A stretch of DNA of 64,000 nucleotides. It comes from an uncultured delta proteobacterium (GTDB taxonomy: Bacteria > Desulfobacterota > Binatia > DP-6). The notes below the pieces were generated by a model. The model did not search any database and was not told where the DNA came from. It saw only the letters and a list, made by a program, of their open reading frames with translations. Numbering within the stretch: the stretch's first letter is position 1; the number at the start of each line of letters is the position of its first letter. A program made the position numbers and the translations under genes. The DNA is taken from contig CAWFFN010000009.1 in the NCBI GenBank assembly GCA_963815115.1, positions 1 to 64,000 of the forward strand, written 5' to 3'. Below, piece by piece: positions 58,501 to 64,000 of the stretch.

Positions 58501-59351
58501 TTGCGTCCGCCCGTTTCCAGCGTGTAGTCGAGCGCGCCGCCGAACTCCCCCCGGAGCTCGCTCCACCCCACATCGGGCACGTACACGCGGGTGCGGCGGA
58601 GCGGCAGCCGGCGAGCTTTCAGGTGCGAGGTCAGCGCGAAGCCGCCGTCGTCGCGCGGCAGCAGGGTGGCGTCGAGCACGAATCGCCCCTCGTCGACTCC
58701 CGCACGCAGCAACACGTGCGCCGGGCCGCCGTACACGTCGGGCCGGAAGGCGATGTCCTTCACCTCGAAGCTGCCGAGCGACAGCTCGATCGGCTCCACG
58801 TCGGCGATCGTCAGGTCGCGGAAGCGCACGCCGCCGTCGCTCAGCACGATGCGGTCGACGCCGAATCCCCAACCCGGCTTCGCCGGCGCTTTTTCCTTGG
58901 TGCCGGCCGGTTGCTCGGGGACGGGCTCGGTCGAGCTGGCGGGCACCAGGCCCATCAGGTTGATCTCGCCGTCCTGCAGGCGGTCGACCGCCACCCGCGG
59001 CGATTCGAGGACGACTTCCCGGAGCTGGATCGTCTTGCGCAGGAGTGGCAGCCAGCGGACGGCCGTTTCGAAACGCTTCCACGCGACGAGCGGCGGGTCG
59101 CCCGTGTCGTGCTCGGGGGACCAGCCGGTGGGATGCACGGTGACGTCGTCCAGCGCGATGCCGGCGCGGTAGAGCGCGAGGTCGACGTCGCCGATGTCCA
59201 CCCGGGCATTGACCGCTTTCGAGGCCTGCGAGGCGAGGATCGGACGCAGGGCATATGGCAGGACCACGCGCAGCACGAGGACCGCTCCCAGCACGGCGAG
59301 CCACAGACGCCGGGAGCGGAGACGGGCCGGCCATGCGAAGCGGCGTGCCAT
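55503..59351 (-). CDS. DUF748/AsmA-like envelope protein with internal repeats and OmpA-like C-terminal region
   Basis: N-terminal TM anchor, long beta-rich repeats, LALLRD.QG.I.LDIPVEG and C-terminal LAAAR..VE. Confidence 0.78.
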   Translation of the reverse strand: MARRFAWPARLRSRRLWLAVLGAVLVLRVVLPYALRPILASQASKAVNARVDIGDVDLALYRAGIALDDVTVHPTGWSPEHDTGDPPLVAWKRFETAVRWLPLLRKTIQLREVVLESPRVAVDRLQDGEINLMGLVPASSTEPVPEQPAGTKEKAPAKPGWGFGVDRIVLSDGGVRFRDLTIADVEPIELSLGSFEVKDIAFRPDVYGGPAHVLLRAGVDEGRFVLDATLLPRDDGGFALTSHLKARRLPLRRTRVYVPDVGWSELRGEFGGALDYTLETGGRNEVRGQVTVDGLTLDVPVLNGPALAWKRLAVRVDPIDLAGHRAVVRVVDLEGSYLVTRARGGVVFPFIERVVTGKSPNARSGQQVPDAATPPPPAPPPAQATAETTPWQWSVGLIRVWDSLLHVISPDATFDAGCTLTARNVRSEGEDPAAILLVLTLGDGGTITLDGKAHIQPVGFDGSVRAEHVALPDIVATAGAFPPGVVQSALLGTDLGIAAGVLAPTRGDVVVKGTIAFDDAQLAGAGGPTTEFGAKRLEFGIGQLVLPGALPASGPPATADARLTGGTVTLQDMRVARTQPTKIDLRAGSLDAGIDEMTLPGVGTPPPDGGSLRLRGKLAVGDLLVGDAGGSALDVGIRKLDFAAGDFVLPGLLATDHTKVTAPMRLAKAKLSVAEPRVTGAQPSTLDVQARGFDLGIGELLVPGAMGGAPGDVRLRDARLTIAEPRVDEERAGKLDVRARGVDVTLDDLVAPGPGAPGFGSGALRLKGRLAFAEPAVAGADPKEFAVGARAITVGIDDLAAQGPAGGPTRVSLGEVTLASPRVQVTRVAEGLLLPSFGSPSPPPPVAVTAANETAPAHAPPPAPAASPPPPPAPAPAAGGSAPPGLELDVDRFRLTDGKIGVTDRTVRPFYNGGLTALDIDITKLRWPAMTASQLRVAATSARKGKIVITGALTPSGGTVQIDGREIPLQQFNPYATTFSSYSIRRGRLDLTTKASFGKGKYDTASTVTLHDFDLGSRAGDSLFKEQFGIPITMALALLRDLQGDIKLDIPVEGDEQGMHIGYFTIIAGALRRALMGALTSPLKLVGAIFSGDKVPSAPAPITFRLGRDELTEEGAKQIGQLAKFLGDRPGLGVALETTPTAADVRWMREHALLQELGAPQGVIGFMKNLPKRGMRDRIRDALAAHEEGKKDELDADDAKTLEEWLGQRPAPTAQRIQQLAAARLGRVEGLLREQHGIAAQRIVRRPAAPASAPAESQGDSAPTVEIELGSVTDLAHPEPAS

Positions 59352-59401
59352 GGACGCGTCCGGGTCGCTGATGCCCCTTCACTAACAGTCAATTCACGCC
59401 C

Positions 59402-59441
59402 TTGACAGGCAGGGGCCAGAATTGTACTGAACGGTCGGTAT
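59402..59441 (+). promoter_or_regulatory. Promoter and probable TetR operator
   Basis: TTGACA at 59402 and an imperfect palindrome TACTGAAC/GGTCGGTA (59425-59440) that overlaps the -10 region and the ATG. Confidence 0.6.
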
Positions 59442-60072
59442 GTCGTCCCGCGAGGGGGTCCCGACGGCCGCGGCACCGCGCCGTCAGATGCTGGCGGCCG
59501 CCATCGATTGCTTCGCCCGCCACGGCTATCAGGGCACCTCGATCGCACGCATCGCGCGCGAGGCAGGCGTCACCAAGGGCGCGCTCTACTATCACTTCCG
59601 GGACAAGGAAGACCTGCTCTTCGCGGCGGTCACGGAGCGGGTCGGCGAGTTCGAGCGCAAGGTCCTGCGCGACGTCGGTCCGTCTCGCGATGCGCTGACC
59701 ACGCTGCGCCGGGTGGTGGACGCGTGCTTCTTCCACGCCACGGTCTCCAACCACCGCCGCTTCATCATCACGCTCATGGTGGAAGCGCTCGACACCAACC
59801 CGCGGCTGTCGGAGGAGTTTCGCCGCATCCTGCGCGGGATGCGTTCCTTCCTGGCCGAGGTCGTTCGCCGCGGCCAGCACGAGGGATCGCTGCGCGCCGA
59901 CGTCGACGCCGAGGCGGCCGCCGCGATGATCGCGGGTGGCATCATGGGCGCGGAGATCCAGCACTACCAGGACCCCGACGAGATCGACCTGCGCGCGGTT
60001 CTCGACACGCTCGTGGAGCAGCTGGCCGGCTGGCTGGCGCCCTCCCGTCGCGGGGCGAAGCCGGCAGCCTGA
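59440..60072 (+). CDS. TetR/AcrR family transcriptional regulator
   Basis: HTH GYQGTSIARIAREAGVTKGALYYHFRDKEDL. Confidence 0.94.
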   Translation: MSSREGVPTAAAPRRQMLAAAIDCFARHGYQGTSIARIAREAGVTKGALYYHFRDKEDLLFAAVTERVGEFERKVLRDVGPSRDALTTLRRVVDACFFHATVSNHRRFIITLMVEALDTNPRLSEEFRRILRGMRSFLAEVVRRGQHEGSLRADVDAEAAAAMIAGGIMGAEIQHYQDPDEIDLRAVLDTLVEQLAGWLAPSRRGAKPAA

Positions 60073-60086
60073 GGAGGCAACGCACG

Positions 60087-61178
60087 ATGGTGAACTTCAG
60101 CCCCAGCGAGGACCAGGAGCTCCTCCGCCAGACCCTGGCGGATTTCGCGCGCGAGGCAGTACGGCCGCACCTGCGCGAATCCGACGAGAAGAGCGTGACG
60201 CCGCCCGAGCTTGCCGCCAAGGCGTGGGAGCTGGGTCTGGTGCAGGAGAGCATCCCCGAGGCACAGGGCGGCTTCGGCGGCACGCGCTCCGCGGTGAGCG
60301 GGACGCTGGTGCTCGAGGAGCTCGCATACGGGGGCCTTGCCCTGGCGCTCCACCTGGTGTCGCCGCGCCTGGTGACCGTGCCGCTGCTGGTGGCGGGCAC
60401 CGAGGCGCAGCGCGCGCAGTGGCTCCCGAAGTTCTCCGGTGCGGAGTTCACCGCCGGCACCGCGGCCATCGTCGAGCCGCGCTGGGACTTCGATACCTCG
60501 AATCCGGCGACCCGCGCCGAGCGCAACGGCGGCGACTGGGTGCTGACGGGCGAGAAGTGCTTCGTGCCGCTGGCGGATCGCGCCGAGGTGGTGCTGGTGT
60601 ACGCCGCCACCGGCGACGGGCTGGCAGCGTTCCTGGTCGAGCGCGGAGCCAAGGGGCTCGGCGTGGGCGAGCGCGAGAAGAACATGGGTGTGAAGGCGCT
60701 CGAGACGTTTCCCGTCACGCTGGACGGCGTCCGCGTTCCCGCCGCCGCCCGGCTCGGTGGCGATGGCGCCGACCTGAGGCCGTTGCTCGACGCGAGCCGC
60801 GTCGCGACCGCCGCGGCCGCGGTGGGCGTGGCCCGGGCGGCGTTCGACTACGCTCGCGAGTACGCCAAGGAGCGCAAGGCGTTCGGCGTGGCGATCGCGC
60901 AGAAGCAGGCGATCGCGTTCATGCTGTCGAACATGGCGATCGAGATCGACTCCATGCGGCTGCTCACCTGGGAGGCGGCCTGGCGGCTCGACAAGGGGCT
61001 GCCGGCCACGCGCGAGGCCGTCCTCGCCCGGCAGTACGCGGCGGACCAGGTGCTCAAGATCGCCGACAACGCGCTCCAGGTGCTGGGTGGCCACGGCTAC
61101 ATCCGTGACCATCTCGTGGAGCTCTTCCTGCGCGACGCGCGCGGCTTCGCCGTCATCGACGGCCTGGCCATCGTCTGA
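60087..61178 (+). CDS. Acyl-CoA dehydrogenase family protein (short; lacks the C-terminal EGT Glu)
   Basis: ACAD fold motifs (R.AFG..I...QAIAF, QVLGGHGY); ends RDARGFAVIDG. Confidence 0.88.
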   Translation: MVNFSPSEDQELLRQTLADFAREAVRPHLRESDEKSVTPPELAAKAWELGLVQESIPEAQGGFGGTRSAVSGTLVLEELAYGGLALALHLVSPRLVTVPLLVAGTEAQRAQWLPKFSGAEFTAGTAAIVEPRWDFDTSNPATRAERNGGDWVLTGEKCFVPLADRAEVVLVYAATGDGLAAFLVERGAKGLGVGEREKNMGVKALETFPVTLDGVRVPAAARLGGDGADLRPLLDASRVATAAAAVGVARAAFDYAREYAKERKAFGVAIAQKQAIAFMLSNMAIEIDSMRLLTWEAAWRLDKGLPATREAVLARQYAADQVLKIADNALQVLGGHGYIRDHLVELFLRDARGFAVIDGLAIV

Positions 61179-61195
61179 GACGAGGAGACACGATC

Positions 61196-62428
61196 ATGAT
61201 CGACTTCGAGCTGTCCGACTCCACCCGCAACGCCCGCAAGATGACCCACATGGTCGCCGAGCAGATGATGCGGCCCATCTCGCGGCACTGCGACGAGAAC
61301 GAGCACGAGAAGCCGTGGGATTTCATCAACACGATGTGGAGCGTCTCCAAGTCCACGTCGATGACCGGCAGCAGCACCGACGGCAAGGACAAGGAGGCGA
61401 AGAGAGCATCCTCCGAGGGCCGCACGCTGGCCATGGTGATCGCCGTCGAGGAGCTGTGCTGGGGCGACGTGGGACTGTACCTCTCGATCCCGAATCCGGG
61501 TCTGGGCGGCGCCGCGGTCGCGGCGGCGGGCACCGCCGAGCAGAAGGAGCGCTTCCTCTCGCGCTTCAAGGGCGAGAAGCCCACCTGGGGCGCGATGGCC
61601 ATCACCGAGCCGAGCGCCGGCTCCGATTCGGCCGCCATCCAGGCCACCGCGAAGCGCGACGGCGACCACTGGGTGCTGAATGGCACGAAGATCTTCTGCA
61701 CCAGCGGCCTGATGGCGGCGGAGAAGTCGGAGGGCTTCGTGGTGGTGTGGGCGTCGCTCGACCGCTCGGCCGGCCGCGCCGGCATCCGCGCGTTCGTCGT
61801 CGACGCGGGAACGCCCGGCATGTACGTGACCAAGGTCGAGGACAAGCTCGGCATCCGCGCCTCCGACACGGCGACGATCGTGCTGGAGGATTGCCGCATC
61901 CCGCTCGACAACCTCCTGGGCTCGGCCGAGGTCCCCAAGGCCAGCCAGGGCTTCAAGGGCGTCATGGCCACGTTCGACGCCACCCGCCCGATCGTGGCGG
62001 CCAGCGCGCTCGGCGTCGCGCGCGCGGCGCTCGACTTCGTGCGCGACACGCTGAAGGAGCGCGGCATCGAGGTCCGCTACGGCGCGCCGCCGCAGACGCT
62101 GACCGCGCTCGAGCGCGACTTCATGGAGATGGAAGCGCAGGTGCAGGCGGCCCGCCTGCTCACCTGGCGCGCGGCCTGGATGATCGACAACGGCATCAAG
62201 AACAACCTCGAGGCCTCGATGTGCAAGGCGAAGGCCGGCCTCGTGGTGACCTGGGTCACGCAGAAGGCCGTCGAGCTGCTCGGTCCACTGGGCTACTCGC
62301 GCTCGCTCCTGGTCGAGAAGTGGATGCGCGACGCGAAGATCAGCGACATCTACGAGGGCACGCAGCAGATCAACCAGCTCATCATCGCGCGGCGGATCCT
62401 CGGGTACTCGTCGGAGGCGCTCCGCTAG
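61196..62428 (+). CDS. Acyl-CoA dehydrogenase (FadE23-like)
   Basis: Motifs AITEPSAGSDS, KLGIRASDT and RDAKISDIYEGTQQI. Confidence 0.92.
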   Translation: MIDFELSDSTRNARKMTHMVAEQMMRPISRHCDENEHEKPWDFINTMWSVSKSTSMTGSSTDGKDKEAKRASSEGRTLAMVIAVEELCWGDVGLYLSIPNPGLGGAAVAAAGTAEQKERFLSRFKGEKPTWGAMAITEPSAGSDSAAIQATAKRDGDHWVLNGTKIFCTSGLMAAEKSEGFVVVWASLDRSAGRAGIRAFVVDAGTPGMYVTKVEDKLGIRASDTATIVLEDCRIPLDNLLGSAEVPKASQGFKGVMATFDATRPIVAASALGVARAALDFVRDTLKERGIEVRYGAPPQTLTALERDFMEMEAQVQAARLLTWRAAWMIDNGIKNNLEASMCKAKAGLVVTWVTQKAVELLGPLGYSRSLLVEKWMRDAKISDIYEGTQQINQLIIARRILGYSSEALR

Positions 62429-62452
62429 CCGGGAGATCGGGGCGGCCATCGC

Positions 62453-63787
62453 GTGCTCGACGACCTGTCCCGCGCGCTGTCTCGCGTTCCGGACTACCCG
62501 GAGTTCTTCACCCTCGACGAGCTGCGCGCGCGCGCCCGCGCGCTGGTGGCGCAGTTTCCCGGCGTGGCGCGGCTCGAGACCGTCGGTGCCTCGTCGGAGG
62601 GCCGGCCGATCGAGCTGCTCACCGTCGGGCACGGGCGCCGTCCCGTGCTGCTGGTCGGCGTGCCGCATCCGAACGAGCCGATCGGCACCCTGACCGTCGA
62701 CTTCCTCACCCGCCTGCTGTGCGAGGACGAGGAGCTCCGGGCTCGACTGGACGTCACGCTGTACGCCGTGCCGGTCTCGGACCCCGACGGGCTCGTGCTC
62801 AACGAGGGCTGGATGAAGGGGACGTTCTCTCCCCTGCGCTACGCGCTCGAGTTCTACCGGCCGCCGCATCGCGAGCAGGTGGAGTGGAGCTTCCCGGTCG
62901 ACTACAAGACGCTGCGCTTCACCACGCCGACGCCCGAGACGGCGGCCGTGATGCGCGTCATGGAGCGGGTGCGGCCGCAGGTGTTCTACTCGCTGCACAA
63001 CGCGGGGTTCTGCGGAGTCTACTTCTACGTCTCGCACGAGCGCCCCGCGCTCTTCACCGCCCTGCACGGGCTCGTCGCCGGCCAGGGGCTGCCGCTCCAT
63101 CGTGGCGAGCCCGAGGTCCCGTATCTGAAGACGCTGGCGCCGGCGGTCTACGAGCTGTTCTCGATCGAGGACACCTACGAGTACCTCGCTCGCACGCTCG
63201 ACGAGGACCCGGCGGCGATCATCGAGGCCGGCACCTGCGCGGACGACTGGCTGAAGCGCGTGTGCGACGCGTTCTCGATCGTGTGCGAGCTGCCCTACTA
63301 CACCGCGCCGGCCCTCGAGGACACGTCGCCCGCGGAGATGACCCGGCGCGAGGCCGTGCTCGCCGGTACCGCCCGCGGGCTCGCGCTGCACGGCGAGAGC
63401 GCCGCCTTCTTCGAGCGCATCGTCGGCCGCGTGCCGGACCATCGCCTGACCCGCTCGGTGCGCGACTACCTGGCCAAGGCGCCGAAGCGCCTGGCGGCGG
63501 AACGCGCCAACGCCCAGGCACCGGCGTACGCACGAACTGCCACGCGTGCCGAGGCGATGGACGCGACCGTGTGCAGCGTCTTCTACCACACGCTCTACCT
63601 GGGCGAGGTGTACCGGCTGGCACGCATGGTCGCCGCGGCCGACGTCGCCGACGCGGTGCGCGCTCGGCTCGCCGTGCTGACGGCCGAGGTCGAGCGCGAG
63701 AGCGCGCTGCGGACGTTGCCGCTGCGTCCCCTGGTCACGGTCCAGGCGGGCGCCGGGCTGCTCGCCCTGACGACGGGCGAGGACTGA
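62453..63787 (+). CDS. M14 family zinc carboxypeptidase-like protein
   Basis: SSEGRPI, zinc ligands HPNE and SLHN, and DPDG. Confidence 0.8.
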   Translation: MLDDLSRALSRVPDYPEFFTLDELRARARALVAQFPGVARLETVGASSEGRPIELLTVGHGRRPVLLVGVPHPNEPIGTLTVDFLTRLLCEDEELRARLDVTLYAVPVSDPDGLVLNEGWMKGTFSPLRYALEFYRPPHREQVEWSFPVDYKTLRFTTPTPETAAVMRVMERVRPQVFYSLHNAGFCGVYFYVSHERPALFTALHGLVAGQGLPLHRGEPEVPYLKTLAPAVYELFSIEDTYEYLARTLDEDPAAIIEAGTCADDWLKRVCDAFSIVCELPYYTAPALEDTSPAEMTRREAVLAGTARGLALHGESAAFFERIVGRVPDHRLTRSVRDYLAKAPKRLAAERANAQAPAYARTATRAEAMDATVCSVFYHTLYLGEVYRLARMVAAADVADAVRARLAVLTAEVERESALRTLPLRPLVTVQAGAGLLALTTGED

Positions 63788-63930
63788 GTCGACGCGCAGG
63801 GAACCCGCGCGGCTTCATATGGCGGAGGTTTCAGTGCCGTCGGCCCGACGTATTGGACGGCCGGGCCGGCCGGCCCGTATGGTCCATCCTGCGATCGCTT
63901 TGCGCGGCGCACGCCAGGAGAGGAGAAAGC

Positions 63931-64000
63931 ATGCGTTCCAGTAGCACGAAGCGCCCCCGGGGGATGATGATCGTGACCACGGGCCTCACCTTGGGGCTGA
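63931..64000 (+). CDS. Partial CDS (5' end), probable exported protein
   Basis: SD AGGAG; MRSSSTKRPRGMMIVTTGLTLGL stays open to the window edge. Confidence 0.5.
   Translation, partial: MRSSSTKRPRGMMIVTTGLTLGL

Noticed and set aside
55521-59405. Very long alternative-frame and antisense ORFs (1294 aa + strand, 1030 aa - strand; also 25593-28001, 61097-63589, 51957-54299, 499-2553 and others)
   Set aside because: These are shadow ORFs expected at high GC. They overlap well-supported genes and have Arg/Ala/Pro-rich, motif-free translations.

Overview
GC-rich bacterial chromosome segment spanning the replication origin. Gene order and content point to a delta-proteobacterial-type lineage, probably Candidatus Binatia (inference). 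The core is dnaA-oriC-dnaN-gyrB-gyrA-gpsA, followed co-directionally by rpmH-rnpA-yidD-yidC-jag-rsmG-parA-parB-bactofilin-atpF'FHAGDC. hemL-atpZ-atpI-atpB-atpE, a second orphan ParB and purM run divergently on the other side. Other genes: tRNA-Gly(CCC), a gmhA/lhgO operon, an Sdh1-type succinate dehydrogenase operon, an acyl-CoA dehydrogenase pair with a TetR, a STAND-type ATPase and a large DUF748/AsmA-like protein. Non-coding signals read directly from the sequence: a c-di-AMP (ydaO) riboswitch before rlpA, an unexplained ~200-nt RNA-like structure right after rlpA whose main stems pair through G-U wobbles on the + strand, three variant parS palindromes (GTTTCCCGGGAAAC), a second DnaA-box/IHF-like cluster ~12 kb from oriC, a sigma54-type promoter and a degenerate integron relic (intI fragment plus attC-like hairpin). 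Five single-base frameshifts (gpsA x2, yidC, jag, STAND ATPase) most likely reflect assembly errors. No CRISPR array, rRNA or intact mobile element was seen. All calls come from reading the sequence; no searches were run.
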